Assembly: GCA_964611315.1 (NCBI GenBank)
Contig: CAZSYW010000004.1
Coordinates: 1 to 41,194, forward strand
DNA length: 41,194 nt
From: an uncultured Rhodospirillaceae bacterium
Lineage (GTDB): Bacteria; Pseudomonadota; Alphaproteobacteria; UBA7887
Direction: 5' to 3'
Shown here: positions 18,593 through 29,646 of the stretch, piece after piece
Layout of the letters: every line of letters starts with the position of its first letter
Numbering within the stretch: the stretch's first letter is position 1
Program-made: the position numbers and the translations under genes
The notes under the pieces: model-generated
Database searches by the model: none
Told to the model about the DNA's origin: nothing
The model's input: only the letters and a program-made list of their open reading frames with translations

Positions 18593-19386
18593 CTTTGGAA
18601 TCCCAGTACAACCCCCAAGTCACACCAACCGAATGGTACGCAATTAAGGTAGAAAGCGAGAACCTGCTTAGCCCTGAACAGTTTAGGGCTGCGATGGAGC
18701 AGATTGGCGCAGAGCGTTACCACAGCCTCCATCCGTTTCATACTCTTCTTCACGGTGGGGCACTGACTCACGGACAAGTGCAGGCGTGGGCGCTCAACCG
18801 ATATTATTACCAGGCCAGTATTCCGAAAAAGGACCTGACTTTGATGGCCCGTTTAAAGGATCCGGAATTGCGGTGTGCTTGGCGTAGCCGTGTGCTAGAT
18901 CACGACGGTTACGAGGTTGAGGATGGCGGTATTGCGCGCTATCTACAGCTAACAGCCGCGCTAGGCCTTGATCGCGATTACGTGATTTCAACCCGTGGAA
19001 TTTTGCCGGCGACTCGTTTCTCAGTTGATGCTTATGTCCATTTTGTTTCTTCCCGCTCAGAGCTCGAAATGATTGCATCATCGTTAACAGAGTTGTTCGC
19101 GCCCGCAATTCACAAGGCTCGAATATCTGGCTTAAGTAAGCATTATGACTGGGCCGATGACCAGGCTCTAGCGTATTTCAAAAAACGTTTATCAGAAGCG
19201 CCAAAGGACGCGCAGTTTGGCCGTGACTATGTAATCCGGAATGCCTCAACCCGTGAGCAGCAGGAGGCGGTGCTTAATGCGCTTCGATTCAAGACAGATG
19301 TGTTGTGGGCGCAGTTGGATGCGCTTTATAGCGCCTACGTAGATCCAGGGAATATACCACCGGGCGCTTTTATCCCCGGTGAATAG
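18589..19386 (+). CDS. pqqC: Pyrroloquinoline-quinone synthase
   Basis: The blocks ERYHSLHPFHTLLHGGALTHGQVQAWALNRYYYQ match. The GTG start overlaps the pqqB stop (GTGA). Confidence 0.9.
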   Translation: MTLESQYNPQVTPTEWYAIKVESENLLSPEQFRAAMEQIGAERYHSLHPFHTLLHGGALTHGQVQAWALNRYYYQASIPKKDLTLMARLKDPELRCAWRSRVLDHDGYEVEDGGIARYLQLTAALGLDRDYVISTRGILPATRFSVDAYVHFVSSRSELEMIASSLTELFAPAIHKARISGLSKHYDWADDQALAYFKKRLSEAPKDAQFGRDYVIRNASTREQQEAVLNALRFKTDVLWAQLDALYSAYVDPGNIPPGAFIPGE

Positions 19387-19689
19387 TTGGAGACCAATTT
19401 GAGTAAACGATTAGTCGTTTCTGCAGAATCGATCCCTAAGTTAGTACGGCATGCAAAATTTCGTTTCGATAAGGCGCGTGATAAGTGGATTATCTTGGCT
19501 CCGGAGCGAGTTTTTGAACTCGACGATGTCGCGTATGAGGTCATCAGTCGTTGCGATAATGAGCGGTCGGTTGAGCAAATTGTCGATAATTTGTGCGAAA
19601 AATTTGACCAGGTTTCTCGTGATGTGATTTTGACGGACGTCACGAGCATGTTGCAGAACTTGGCGGACAAGGGGTTTGTTGTGACATGA
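19387..19689 (+). CDS. pqqD: PQQ biosynthesis peptide chaperone PqqD
   Basis: A protein of about 100 aa at the expected operon position, with the blocks P.L.R...FRFD......ILAPERV.ELD. The TTG start is uncertain. Confidence 0.8.
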   Translation: METNLSKRLVVSAESIPKLVRHAKFRFDKARDKWIILAPERVFELDDVAYEVISRCDNERSVEQIVDNLCEKFDQVSRDVILTDVTSMLQNLADKGFVVT

Positions 19690-20816
19690 GTGATGTAATT
19701 GAACAAGGGACTGACGCGGCTACAAAAGCAACTGTCGCAGACCGGGTGGTGCCTTATGCAGTGTTAGCAGAGTTGACCCACCGTTGCCCTCTGCAATGCC
19801 CTTATTGTTCCAACCCACTTGATTTGGAACGCGCGAGCAATGAGCTTCAGACTGAAGATTGGCTGCGGGTCATTGACCAGGCGGCGGATATGGGAATCTT
19901 GCATATTCATTTTTCAGGAGGAGAGCCGACTGTTCGCAAGGATCTCGAACTTTTGGTGGAACATGCAGCGGGCGTGGGGCTGTACAGCAACCTAATAACG
20001 TCTGCCGTTCTTTTGACTCGTGATCGTCTCAAGGAGCTGCGTGATAAGGGTCTCGATCACGTGCAAGTCAGTTTTCAAGGAACTACATCTGAGATAGCGG
20101 ATAGAGTCGCGGGTTTTGCCGGTCACGAAAAAAAACTCGAAGCTTCCCGCTGGGTTCGGGAGTTGGATATGCCGCTTACTGTTAATGCGGTAATGCACCG
20201 ACAAAACCTCCATCAACTGCCTAGTATGATTGATATGGCCCTAGAGCTTGATGCGGAGCGCCTTGAAGTAGCCCAAGTCCAATACTACGGATGGGCATTG
20301 CGCAATAGGGCGGCGTTTCTGCCGACCCGGGAGCAGTTGGATGCAGCCACTCAGCAGGTAGAGGAAGCTCGGTCACGGCTTAAGGGGGTGCTGGTGATTG
20401 ACTATGTGGTGCCAGATTATTATGCGCGACGCCCTAAATCCTGTATGGGCGGCTGGGGTCGGCAGTTTTTAAATATAGCTCCGTCCGGAAAGGTTTTGCC
20501 GTGTCATGCCGCCGAATCAATTACTGGCCTTGAATTTGATTCGGTAAAGGACAGGGCTCTTGCTTGGATTTGGGAACATTCCCCCGCCTTTAATCTTTAT
20601 AGGGGGACAGCATGGATGCCGGAACCCTGTCAATCATGTGAACGCCGAGAAATTGACTGGGGTGGATGTCGGTGCCAGGCGTTCGCTTTGACGGGCGATG
20701 CTGCAAATACGGACCCAGCCTGCGAATTTTCACCCCAGCGGGATGTGCTAGAAATGCCGCTTAAGGAGTCTACTGCAGCGGCTCCTGATTTTATATATCG
20801 CCGCATTGGCGCCTGA
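19686..20816 (+). CDS. pqqE: PQQ biosynthesis radical SAM/SPASM protein PqqE
   Basis: It has a radical SAM CxxxCxxC motif (CPLQCPYCSNP) and a C-terminal SPASM Cys cluster (CMGGWG ... PC ... CQSC ... GGCRCQA). The ATG overlaps the pqqD stop (ATGA). Confidence 0.9.
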   Translation: MSDVIEQGTDAATKATVADRVVPYAVLAELTHRCPLQCPYCSNPLDLERASNELQTEDWLRVIDQAADMGILHIHFSGGEPTVRKDLELLVEHAAGVGLYSNLITSAVLLTRDRLKELRDKGLDHVQVSFQGTTSEIADRVAGFAGHEKKLEASRWVRELDMPLTVNAVMHRQNLHQLPSMIDMALELDAERLEVAQVQYYGWALRNRAAFLPTREQLDAATQQVEEARSRLKGVLVIDYVVPDYYARRPKSCMGGWGRQFLNIAPSGKVLPCHAAESITGLEFDSVKDRALAWIWEHSPAFNLYRGTAWMPEPCQSCERREIDWGGCRCQAFALTGDAANTDPACEFSPQRDVLEMPLKESTAAAPDFIYRRIGA

Positions 20817-20909
20817 TTACAGGCGTTCCATGGTCGGGAGGGGTGTGGCCCTCCATCGTAAGGCGCGAGCAGGTAGGTCTTTATGACCCGTGGTCCCTGC
20901 TATAAGCCG

Positions 20910-22208
20910 CTACCCTTCACTGGGGACAACAAAAATCTGACCAGGATAGATCAATGCAGGATTGCGAATTTGATCCTGGTTGGCGGCAAAAATCATAGTG
21001 TATCTTATACCTTGACCATAAAGACGACGGGCAATCCGCCATAAACTATTCCCAGGTTGCACGATGACCAATCCTTCACCTGACATCGGCCGTTCAAAAG
21101 ATGCCATCGAAAATGGTGTTTCCAGGCGAGAGATAACTTGGCCAGTCAACTCGTCGACTTGGTCGATCCTCAGAGTATGCAAACCCGGAGCTACCTGGTC
21201 TGAGGGCAGGAGCGTCCACGTCCCGTCCGGCATCACAGTTGTTATGCCTATTAGCTCATTATCGATGTACGCGCTGATCCTAGTATCGGGCTTGCCTTGT
21301 CCGGAGAAATCTATTTGTCCGCTTGCGTCGTAGTTAAGAATGTCGAGGGTGAGGCTCTCTGAGGCAATAAGCCCGTGTATGGGCTCTTTCCCCTGCAACA
21401 GTTTCGCCGAGCCGCCATCCTCACGGGAGAGAAGCACTGCCAGTGGTATCGCAGGTTTCCCATCGTTGGCTGTTATTTCGTGTTCTACATTGTGTGATGG
21501 TAGCATTAGGACCACGACTTCGCCGGAGTTAACTTCGATACCCTCAGGTGTCTTTGTGAGTAAATCCAGCTCGCGGACTCCCTCTGAGAGCGGTTCGTCC
21601 GGAACAAATACCCACGTCCCTGTGGAATCAGTTTCAACTGTTCCTAATTCCTCCTCCCCGTCTCGAAGTGTGATTTTTGAGTTGGGTTCTCCACGGCCGG
21701 CTATCACAGTCTCGCCGCCTGGAGAAATGGTCACTACGTCAAAGCTTGGGGGAACAAAATCTTCTGTTCCCTCCACCAATCGCTCTCTCACAACGGCCTT
21801 GGGCGCGGCTTCGCCAGGGACAGGTCTTCTATCTGCATTGGCTGCTTCAACCTCTGCTGCCATTGTTTGGCGTGCTTGCTCTGATCCTTCGCCGTCAACT
21901 ACATCAAGGGAATCAATTGATACTTCCCGCGAATCGTCGTCTTCGATACGGGAAGCGTTGGGATTGGATTTCCGTATTGTCTCCGAGTCCCTATTCTGGC
22001 CCGAAATATCGGCGTTTTCACTTGGGGCAGGGTCGGCCTGTTCGGATGGCTGTGCCAATTGGGATGAATCGTTCGTGTTTCGAACTAACGATAGAGTAAG
22101 CACGGAGGCTGCCACCACACCGACGCCTAATGCGGCCAAAACGACGAATGGCCGCCTCCTCCAACCGGTCCCGCGGGTTGGATTTTCTTTTTTTTCTAAG
22201 TCCACCAC
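20910..22208 (-). CDS. Membrane-anchored LysM peptidoglycan-binding protein with acidic linker and two Ig-like repeats
   Basis: It has an N-terminal TM segment (FVVLAALGVGVVAASVL) and a Ser/Asp/Glu-rich region. Two related segments contain GTW...P and G...L motifs. A C-terminal LysM is present (VIVQPGNSLWRIARRLYGQGIRYTMIFAANQDQIRNPALIYPGQIFVVP). The GTG start is uncertain. Confidence 0.7.
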   Translation of the reverse strand: MVDLEKKENPTRGTGWRRRPFVVLAALGVGVVAASVLTLSLVRNTNDSSQLAQPSEQADPAPSENADISGQNRDSETIRKSNPNASRIEDDDSREVSIDSLDVVDGEGSEQARQTMAAEVEAANADRRPVPGEAAPKAVVRERLVEGTEDFVPPSFDVVTISPGGETVIAGRGEPNSKITLRDGEEELGTVETDSTGTWVFVPDEPLSEGVRELDLLTKTPEGIEVNSGEVVVLMLPSHNVEHEITANDGKPAIPLAVLLSREDGGSAKLLQGKEPIHGLIASESLTLDILNYDASGQIDFSGQGKPDTRISAYIDNELIGITTVMPDGTWTLLPSDQVAPGLHTLRIDQVDELTGQVISRLETPFSMASFERPMSGEGLVIVQPGNSLWRIARRLYGQGIRYTMIFAANQDQIRNPALIYPGQIFVVPSEG

Positions 22209-22280
22209 AGCATGCCTAACTTATCCTCGACCGATCGAGTAAGCAATTGAGACTTACTAGGAAGGCTCGCACCAAGCCTT

Positions 22281-23105
22281 TTACATAGTCTCAAGGTATA
22301 AGGCTAATGTAGCGCTGGCTGCCAGTGGGACAAGGCAAATTATGACAATCCCCAATGTGGGCCTGTTCGTGTTTGGGAAGATCCGTGCCGTAGCTTGAGC
22401 GGAAACCAGCAATGATAGGAGTGGTAGCATTGCCAAAACCGAGGCGCCTCCGAATAAAACTAACTGACTGACGAGAGCAAGAAGAGGTGCGAGCGCCGCT
22501 AGTGTACAGATCCGATTAAAATTAAACCCAGGATCTCGCCAAGCCGTGGAACAAAACCCTGTGATTGATGCCAATATTGCAAGCGCCAACTGTGTAATCG
22601 ATGCAGATCCGCCGATTTTTGCTGCGATGGCTATACCGATTACACCGAAAATTAAAATAAACATGGCATGCAATCCGTCATTTTTGAGCGCATCAAATTG
22701 GCGAAAAGTCAATGGCCACAAAACGGCTAGGAAAATCGGGGACACGAAAAGTGCTGGGGATTGCAAACTGAGCCTCGGCTCAGAAAGCCAGATAACAACA
22801 GCGGGCCCTATGAGGAAAAATACAGACTTCGCTAACAGTTTCTGTGATGGCAGGAACGTAACGCTGACGAGTGTTGTCAAAACAATGACATAAAAAAATT
22901 TCTGACTAGAAAATCTCGGTGGCAACGTGGGGATACCTAGCGTGGCCAAGTAGCTTGCCAGGATACCAGCTGAAACGGCTAAGACAGCCCAACGTTGACC
23001 CCTTTCCCCATTCAGTAGAGATCGGATAAGAAAGGAGCAGAACATCGATACCGTGAAAGGTAGTGCTAGACTTTGTCCAATCGGGTGAGCCAGTATTCCG
23101 GACAT
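22281..23105 (-). CDS. Polytopic inner-membrane protein, function unknown
   Basis: This 274-aa ORF is almost entirely hydrophobic, with about 8 predicted TM segments. I recognise no motif. Confidence 0.45.
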   Translation of the reverse strand: MSGILAHPIGQSLALPFTVSMFCSFLIRSLLNGERGQRWAVLAVSAGILASYLATLGIPTLPPRFSSQKFFYVIVLTTLVSVTFLPSQKLLAKSVFFLIGPAVVIWLSEPRLSLQSPALFVSPIFLAVLWPLTFRQFDALKNDGLHAMFILIFGVIGIAIAAKIGGSASITQLALAILASITGFCSTAWRDPGFNFNRICTLAALAPLLALVSQLVLFGGASVLAMLPLLSLLVSAQATARIFPNTNRPTLGIVIICLVPLAASATLALYLETM

Positions 23106-23264
23106 AATGCTGTTTACCGCGGTCTGTTGGCAGACAGTCGAGATCCTTTGTAGAGTCTGCCAGATTAATTTTTCGGTGCTATCAATAATGTAGTCAAGCC
23201 CTGTCCGCGAGTTTTCGATTGGCTTGCACTAAGTTTTGACCAAAAAAGAGTTAGGGGTTCGGGT

Positions 23265-23816
23265 TTGAAGGCTTTGTGCGTTTTTTGTGGGTCCAGCTTG
23301 GGTTTTGAAGCGGTCCACGGTAATTTTGCTCGGAAGTTAGGTGAGCGTTTGGCTGTGCGGGGTGTGCGGTTAGTCTTTGGAGGCGGTGGTATCGGTCTGA
23401 TGGGCATCCTGGCTGATTCAGTGCTTTCAAATGGTGGAGTGGCAACCGGTGTAATCCCAGAATTTCTTATGAAGCCAGAAGTGGCTCATCCGAACCTTAC
23501 TGAAATGATTGTCGTTAAAGACATGCATACCCGTAAGCGGAGGATGTTTGAACTTGCAGACGGTTTTGCTGTCCTCCCCGGTGGTTTGGGGACGCTAGAT
23601 GAGGCCATTGAGATGATGACCTGGCGCCAACTCCAGCTACATGATAAGCCTATTGTGCTGGTTGATAACAATGGCTACTGGGCATGGTTGCCGACCGCTA
23701 TAAATCACTTTGTAGCTGGAGGTTTTGCACCAGAGAAAACCAAAAAATTGGTCACGATCATGCGCGATGCCGATGAGGTCATCGATATCGTTGAGCTTGG
23801 TGGTGGTGCACATTAA
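23265..23816 (+). CDS. LOG-family (TIGR00730) nucleotide phosphoribohydrolase
   Basis: It has the blocks CVFCGSS, GGGGIGLMG and PGGLGTLDE. A TTG start follows AGGGG. Confidence 0.8.
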   Translation: MKALCVFCGSSLGFEAVHGNFARKLGERLAVRGVRLVFGGGGIGLMGILADSVLSNGGVATGVIPEFLMKPEVAHPNLTEMIVVKDMHTRKRRMFELADGFAVLPGGLGTLDEAIEMMTWRQLQLHDKPIVLVDNNGYWAWLPTAINHFVAGGFAPEKTKKLVTIMRDADEVIDIVELGGGAH

Positions 23817-24015
23817 ACGCACACCACCAGGACCGTTAATTTTTAACAGGGTGCTTTGAATTGCCGCCTTTCCCAAACAAAACGGCAGCCATCTATTTTT
23901 TCTGAGACTGCTTGATGCACAAGAATGGGCACGATGCTATGTTCCCGTCTGCTGATTCGGGTCAAAGTTGCATCCGGGCCTCATAAAGGCATAACGATCC
24001 CCCAGGAGAATGTAC

Positions 24016-25236
24016 ATGCAGAAAATTCAGGTCGCCAACCCCATCGTTGAGCTCGATGGAGATGAGATGACTCGTGTGATCTGGAGGTTTATTAAGGACC
24101 AGTTGATTTTTCCGTACCTTGACATTGACCTCAAGTATTTCGATCTTGGTATCCAGTCCCGGGACGCGACAGACGACCGAGTAACAATCGATGCGGCCGG
24201 GGCAATTAAAAAACACGGTGTGGGGGTCAAGTGCGCAACTATCACGCCCGACGAAGAGCGTGTCGCGGAGTTTGGGCTAAAGCGCATGTATCGATCGCCC
24301 AACGGGACTATACGAAATATCCTCGGTGGCACAGTGTTCCGGCAACCGATTCTCTGCAAAAATGTTCCCCGTTTGGTCCCAGGTTGGAAAAAGCCGATCG
24401 TCATCGGTCGGCATGCTTTTGGAGATCAGTACCGCGCGACTGATTTTATTGTTCCGGGGGCTGGTAAAATGACCATCCGGTTCGAGCCGAAAGATGGGAG
24501 TCCGGCACTCGAGCACGAGATTTACGATTTTGAGGGCCCGGGAATTGCCCTTGGTATGTACAACTTGGACGATTCCATTCGGGGGTTTGCCCGCGCGACC
24601 TTTAACTACGGCCTGGAGTTGGGTTGGCCAGTCTATATGTCGACAAAGAACACTATCCTTAAGGCCTACGATGGTCGTTTCAAGGATTTGTTTGAGGAAA
24701 TTTACGAAAAGGAATTTCGAGAGAAATTCGAAGAAAAGAAACTTTCCTATGAACATCGTTTGATCGATGACATGGTCGCTTGTGCCCTCAAGTGGGAGGG
24801 CGGGTTTGTTTGGGCCTGTAAGAATTATGACGGTGATGTGCAGTCCGACACTGTCGCACAAGGTTTTGGGTCACTAGGTTTGATGACGTCAGTTTTATTC
24901 AGTCCTGACGGTGGCACAGTGGAGGCGGAGGCAGCCCACGGAACTGTCACCCGTCATTTCAGACAGCACGAACGAGGCGAGGTAACCTCAACTAATCCGA
25001 TTGCTTCTATTTTTGCGTGGACTCGTGCTCTTTACCATCGGGGACGGTTCGATGATACGCCTGATGTCCAACAATTTGCCGAGATTTTGGAAAAAGTTTG
25101 CGTCCAGACTGTTGAATCAGGGGCGATGACAAAGGATCTTGCGATCCTAATTGGTTCAGCGCAGGAATGGCTTACAACCAGCCAGTTCATGGAACACGTG
25201 GGCAAAAATTTAAAAGCTGCGATGGGTAATCAATGA
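24016..25236 (+). CDS. icd: NADP-dependent isocitrate dehydrogenase (homodimeric, eukaryote-like subfamily)
   Basis: It has the N-terminus [23 protein letters not shown] and KCATITPDE, and is about 406 aa long. The ATG at 24016 has better spacing to the AGGAGA RBS than the ATG at 24010. Confidence 0.9.
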   Translation: MQKIQVANPIVELDGDEMTRVIWRFIKDQLIFPYLDIDLKYFDLGIQSRDATDDRVTIDAAGAIKKHGVGVKCATITPDEERVAEFGLKRMYRSPNGTIRNILGGTVFRQPILCKNVPRLVPGWKKPIVIGRHAFGDQYRATDFIVPGAGKMTIRFEPKDGSPALEHEIYDFEGPGIALGMYNLDDSIRGFARATFNYGLELGWPVYMSTKNTILKAYDGRFKDLFEEIYEKEFREKFEEKKLSYEHRLIDDMVACALKWEGGFVWACKNYDGDVQSDTVAQGFGSLGLMTSVLFSPDGGTVEAEAAHGTVTRHFRQHERGEVTSTNPIASIFAWTRALYHRGRFDDTPDVQQFAEILEKVCVQTVESGAMTKDLAILIGSAQEWLTTSQFMEHVGKNLKAAMGNQ

Positions 25237-25342
25237 AGAACAGCGCTTTTCAAAACTGAGATGGAGATTCCGTCGAGGAGGTAGAAGCACATTCTATGCT
25301 GTGCCATCAAAGAGACCCCTCTCGAATTAGTAGCTCTCGGGA

Positions 25343-28009
25343 TCAGTCATCCGTTTCTGAAAATGATTCTTTGAGTGCCCGCTCCACTAAGTCCAATGCC
25401 TCGTCTATTGATTTAGTGTTTGGACCGCCTGCCTGTGCCATATCCGGTCGGCCCCCACCCCCCTTTCCTTCGAGGGCGGCTGCTCCAGAGCGGACTAATT
25501 TGATGGCATCGACCCTGTTCGTGAGGTCCTGCGTCACACCGACAACAATGGCCGCCTTTCCCTCGCTTTCGGTTACCAAGGCGACTACGCCGGAGCCAAT
25601 ATGTTTTTTAAGGTCGTCAGCCAGGCTGCGCAGATCGCGCGCTGGTACACCTTTAAGTCGGCGTCCTACGAATTTGATCCCGCTGACGTCTCGAATATCC
25701 CCTTCAATTGTGTCCCTATTTCCACCGCTCGCCAGGGTTCGTCGGGTATCCGACAATTCGATTTCAAGTTGTTTGCGCTCTGTCAGAAACGATGCAATGC
25801 GTTCTGAAAGTTCGCTGGGTCTTACTTTCAGGGCGTCAGCTGAGGTGCGAAGAAGTGTGTCTTGTTGTCTAATGTGTGAAAGTGCTCCGGAACCAGTTAG
25901 AGCTTCTAGTCGGCGGATGCCGGCGCCAACGGCTCCTTCACTGATGATCCGAAAAAGACCTATATTGCCCGTGCGTTCAACGTGTGTGCCGCCGCAGAGT
26001 TCAGTTGAGTAATCATTCCCATCTGAGCTTTCCATGGAAATTACGCGAACTTCCTCGCCATATCTCTCCCCAAATAGTGCAAGCGCACCTTGCTGAATTG
26101 CATCCTCCGGTTTCATTAGGGTGGTTGTGACTACGTTATTGTCGAGAATTTGTTGATTCACTTCTGTTTCAACTAATAAAAGCTCTTCAGATGAAACAGC
26201 CTTTGGATGACTGATGTCAAAGCGTAGACGATCAGGGGCGACTAGCGACCCCTTTTGATTCACATGATCGCCCAAATGTCGGCGCAACGCTGCGTGAAAG
26301 AGATGAGTCGCGGAGTGGCTGCGCCGTAGAGCAGAGCGCCGTTCCGTATTCACCTGGAGGTGCACCGCGGTTCCGACTTTTAACGTGCCGGATACTATCT
26401 GCCCTGAATGTACAGACAGGTTGTCTGCCATAATTGTGGTATTGCTAATGTCGATTTCTAGGTTGTCCGGGTCAGTGATGGTGCCCGTGTCCCCAACTTG
26501 TCCGCCAGATTCTGCGTAAAACGGTGTCTGATTTATGACCAACATTACTTTCGAGTTGGTACCGGCCTGGTCCACCTGTTTACCCTTTTCGACGATGGCG
26601 GTGACTTCTCCGTCGGCATTCTCTGTGCTGTACCCGAGGAACTCAGTTGTTCTTCCTGATTCTCTTATCTCAAACCACAGTTCGTCAGTTAGGGTATCAC
26701 CGGAGCCGCTCCAATTTTTGCGTGCTTCGGCACGTTGTCGTGTCATCGCGCTGTCGAAGCCGGCTCGGTCAACCGTGTGGCCTTTCCCGCGCAAGGCATC
26801 TTCCGTCAGATCCAGCGGAAATCCAAAGGTATCATATAGTTTAAAGGCTACCTCTCCCGGAAGGGGGCTTCCTCTTGCAAGCGTCTTGGTGGCTTCATCG
26901 AGAAGCCTTAACCCTCTGTCTAGAGTTTCCTGAAACCGGGTTTCTTCCAACTTTAAAGTCTCTGTGATTAGCGCCTGAGCACGTTCAAGTTCTTGGAAGG
27001 CTTTTCCCATAGACTCGACTAAACTTGGCACAAGCCGCCACATGAGTGGATCCTTCACGCCCATCATGTGGGCATGACGCATAGCGCGCCGCATAATGCG
27101 CCGAAGTACATACCCTCTACCTTCATTAGAGGGCATGACACCATCTGCAAGGAGAAAACAGGCAGCCCGTAAATGGTCGGCGATTACCCTGTGTGAAGAC
27201 AGATGTGCTCCTTTAGCAGCTACGCCACTTGATTCTACCGAGGCTGAAACCAACGTTTTGAACAGATCTGTATCGTAGTTATCATGGACACCTTGAAGCA
27301 CGGCCGTGATGCGCTCTAAGCCCATCCCAGTGTCTATGGCTGGGTTCGGAAGATCAACCCGCTCTCCGCCAGCTCTTTCCTCGAACTGCATGAACACTAA
27401 ATTCCAAATCTCAACGAATCTATCGCCATCTTGATCCGCGCTACCTGGAGGGCCGCCAGCAACAGAGTTCCCGTGGTCGTAAAATATCTCTGAACATGGC
27501 CCGCAAGGGCCTGTTTCCCCCATAGCCCAAAAGTTGTCACTCGTGTCAATTCGGATGATTCGATCTTCGTGGAGACCGGATATAGATCGCCAAAGATCAA
27601 AAGCGTCATCGTCACTATGGAAAACGGTAACTAATAGGCGTTCCTTTTCCAAGCCGAACTCCTTGCAAAGTAAATTCCATGCAAGTTCTATAGCTTGTTC
27701 TTTAAAGTAGTCTCCAAATGAGAAATTACCCAGCATTTCAAAAAATGTGTGATGCCTGGCTGTGTATCCAACATTGTCCAAATCATTATGTTTTCCGCCG
27801 GCCCTCACACACTTTTGGCTTGTCGTTGCCCTCGGAATCTGTCGTTTTTCGTTGCCGGTGAAAACGTTTTTGAACTGGACCATCCCAGCATTCGTAAAAA
27901 GAAGTGAAGGATCGTTATGCGGCACAAGGGGGCCAGAGGGCACGATCTCGTGCCCGTTATCTGCAAAATAATGCAGGAAGGCCGTGCGTATTTCATTAGT
28001 GCTCGGCAT
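25343..28009 (-). CDS. alaS: Alanine--tRNA ligase
   Basis: This 888-aa protein has the N-terminus [33 protein letters not shown]. It also has the editing-domain [12 protein letters not shown] and CGGTHV motifs. Confidence 0.95.
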   Translation of the reverse strand: MPSTNEIRTAFLHYFADNGHEIVPSGPLVPHNDPSLLFTNAGMVQFKNVFTGNEKRQIPRATTSQKCVRAGGKHNDLDNVGYTARHHTFFEMLGNFSFGDYFKEQAIELAWNLLCKEFGLEKERLLVTVFHSDDDAFDLWRSISGLHEDRIIRIDTSDNFWAMGETGPCGPCSEIFYDHGNSVAGGPPGSADQDGDRFVEIWNLVFMQFEERAGGERVDLPNPAIDTGMGLERITAVLQGVHDNYDTDLFKTLVSASVESSGVAAKGAHLSSHRVIADHLRAACFLLADGVMPSNEGRGYVLRRIMRRAMRHAHMMGVKDPLMWRLVPSLVESMGKAFQELERAQALITETLKLEETRFQETLDRGLRLLDEATKTLARGSPLPGEVAFKLYDTFGFPLDLTEDALRGKGHTVDRAGFDSAMTRQRAEARKNWSGSGDTLTDELWFEIRESGRTTEFLGYSTENADGEVTAIVEKGKQVDQAGTNSKVMLVINQTPFYAESGGQVGDTGTITDPDNLEIDISNTTIMADNLSVHSGQIVSGTLKVGTAVHLQVNTERRSALRRSHSATHLFHAALRRHLGDHVNQKGSLVAPDRLRFDISHPKAVSSEELLLVETEVNQQILDNNVVTTTLMKPEDAIQQGALALFGERYGEEVRVISMESSDGNDYSTELCGGTHVERTGNIGLFRIISEGAVGAGIRRLEALTGSGALSHIRQQDTLLRTSADALKVRPSELSERIASFLTERKQLEIELSDTRRTLASGGNRDTIEGDIRDVSGIKFVGRRLKGVPARDLRSLADDLKKHIGSGVVALVTESEGKAAIVVGVTQDLTNRVDAIKLVRSGAAALEGKGGGGRPDMAQAGGPNTKSIDEALDLVERALKESFSETDD

Positions 28010-28421
28010 ATTGAGAGCTACTCCGTGGTCTTGGCGAGGGTATGTAATAAGCCGAAAATATTCTCTTGGCTATTCAGGATTTGGATTTTTAATGATTCCT
28101 AGGGAGGGGCACCAAGGGCTGCTTTTAGCCATGGCCTGGAGTCGTGCCTAGTTATAGCCTTGAGAGAATGACCCTTGGGTTTTTCTCACGGGATTGTTGC
28201 GAATTACTAAACGTTTACCAAAGCGATTCGGATAGCCTCGTCAAAGCCAAAGAATCATCCGAATCGTGGTGAGATTGAAGGGGGTGGTTGAAGTCACTGC
28301 AATTGACCTCTCGTAAATGAGAAAAATTTTGTCGGATCAATTCTGGAGAGGGCAAACATCTACACCAGTTTATGCGCGTCAGAACAGGGCACCGAAGAAG
28401 TATTGTTTCTGCGTTTTTTAT

Positions 28422-29510
28422 TCAGGCTTCGGCGGCAATTTCCTTGTCAGCTGGTTCCGGAACGGCAGCGTTGCTTGCGACTATGCCCGTTAAGCCAGCT
28501 TGTGCGCGAACCGCGTTTTCTATCGCAGTTGCCACATCTGGATGATCAAGCAGAAATTGCTTTGCGTTTTCTCGCCCCTGGCCAATCCTTTGATCGTTGT
28601 AGGAGTACCATGACCCAGATTTCTCGATTGTCCCCTGGGCAGCGCCGAGGTCCAGTAGTTCCCCCATTTTGGAAATTCCAGCGCCGTACATTATATCAAA
28701 CTCAATCGTCTTAAATGGCGGGGCCATTTTATTTTTGACGACTTTCACTCGTGTGTGGTTGCCGACAATTTCATCTCGGTCCTTAATTGCGCCGGTACGT
28801 CGTATGTCGAGCCGGACAGAGGCGTAAAACTTCAATGCATTGCCACCTGTAGTTGTCTCAGGGCTTCCGTACATGACGCCAATTTTCATACGAATTTGGT
28901 TGATGAAAATTATGGTACATCGGGATTTGGCAATTGACCCGGTAAGCTTCCGTAAAGCTTGGCTCATTAATCGAGCCTGCAAGCCGACATGGGTGTCCCC
29001 CATTTCGCCTTCTAATTCGGCTCGCGGCACCAAAGCAGCGACGCTATCCACTACTAGAACATCAATTGCCCCCGAACGAACTAGTGTGTCCGCAATTTCA
29101 AGTGCTTGTTCTCCGGTGTCGGGTTGCGAGATCAAAAGCTCGTCAGTATTAACCCCAAGTTTCTTAGCATAAACCGGGTCGAGTGCATGTTCGGCGTCCA
29201 CGAAGGCACAGGCTCCGCCGCAATTTTGTGCTTCGGCCACCGCGTGCAATGCAAGGGTAGTTTTGCCCGAACTTTCTGGCCCATAAATTTCCACTACGCG
29301 GCCACGTGGTAGACCGCCAATGCCGAGCGCAATATCAAGTGCTAGCGAACCAGTCGGAATTACTTCTGTCTCAACTACCTTATCATTGTCTCCAAGCTTC
29401 ATAATTGAACCTTTGCCAAATGCTCGTTCAATTTGGCTAAGAGCGGCATCAAGAGCTTTTTGCTTATCCATATCCTCGGTTCCAACAACTCGCAGTGACG
29501 GTTCTGACAT
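28422..29510 (-). CDS. recA: Recombinase RecA
   Basis: It has [22 protein letters not shown], Walker A ([12 protein letters not shown]) and [37 protein letters not shown]. The ATG at 29510 is preferred over the upstream start at 29552. Confidence 0.95.
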   Translation of the reverse strand: MSEPSLRVVGTEDMDKQKALDAALSQIERAFGKGSIMKLGDNDKVVETEVIPTGSLALDIALGIGGLPRGRVVEIYGPESSGKTTLALHAVAEAQNCGGACAFVDAEHALDPVYAKKLGVNTDELLISQPDTGEQALEIADTLVRSGAIDVLVVDSVAALVPRAELEGEMGDTHVGLQARLMSQALRKLTGSIAKSRCTIIFINQIRMKIGVMYGSPETTTGGNALKFYASVRLDIRRTGAIKDRDEIVGNHTRVKVVKNKMAPPFKTIEFDIMYGAGISKMGELLDLGAAQGTIEKSGSWYSYNDQRIGQGRENAKQFLLDHPDVATAIENAVRAQAGLTGIVASNAAVPEPADKEIAAEA

Positions 29511-29562
29511 GAGAGTATCCTTTCTTATTCCACAGGCTGTTCTGTGGCGCAATTCCTGAAAT

Positions 29563-29577
29563 GTACCACTTTTGTTC
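29563..29577. promoter_or_regulatory. Candidate imperfect alphaproteobacterial-type SOS (LexA) box GTAC-N7-GTTC upstream of recA
   Basis: The sequence GTACCACTTTTGTTC lies 53-67 nt upstream of the recA ATG. It has one mismatch to the GTTC-N7-GTTC direct-repeat consensus. Confidence 0.3.
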
Positions 29578-29631
29578 CTATATTCAAGAGATATTCTTAA
29601 ATCGTTAATATTATTAGATAAATTGGATCAA

Positions 29632-29646
29632 GTTTCCTATATGTTC
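29632..29646. promoter_or_regulatory. Second candidate imperfect SOS box GTTT-N7-GTTC upstream of recA
   Basis: The sequence GTTTCCTATATGTTC has one mismatch to GTTC-N7-GTTC. It shares the core TTCCTATAT with the region next to the first box. Confidence 0.3.

Noticed and set aside
20837-20856. GGAGGG/CCCTCC hairpin after pqqE as a terminator
   Set aside because: It has only a 6-bp stem and no U-tract on either strand. It is plausible as a weak bidirectional stop between convergent genes, but too weak to call.
24277-24861. 194-aa minus-strand ORF
   Set aside because: It lies antisense inside icd, which is strongly supported. It has no motif and no plausible RBS context.
25296-26012. 238-aa plus-strand ORF
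   Set aside because: It lies entirely antisense within alaS, whose product matches AlaRS along its full length. Its translation is Ser/Arg/Pro-rich and low-complexity, which is typical of a shadow frame.
28376-28419. Rho-independent terminator just after the recA stop
   Set aside because: The stem (CAGAACA / TGTTTCTG with bulges) is weak and AT-rich. The T6 run follows it on the plus strand, which is the wrong orientation for recA. No plus-strand gene ends here.
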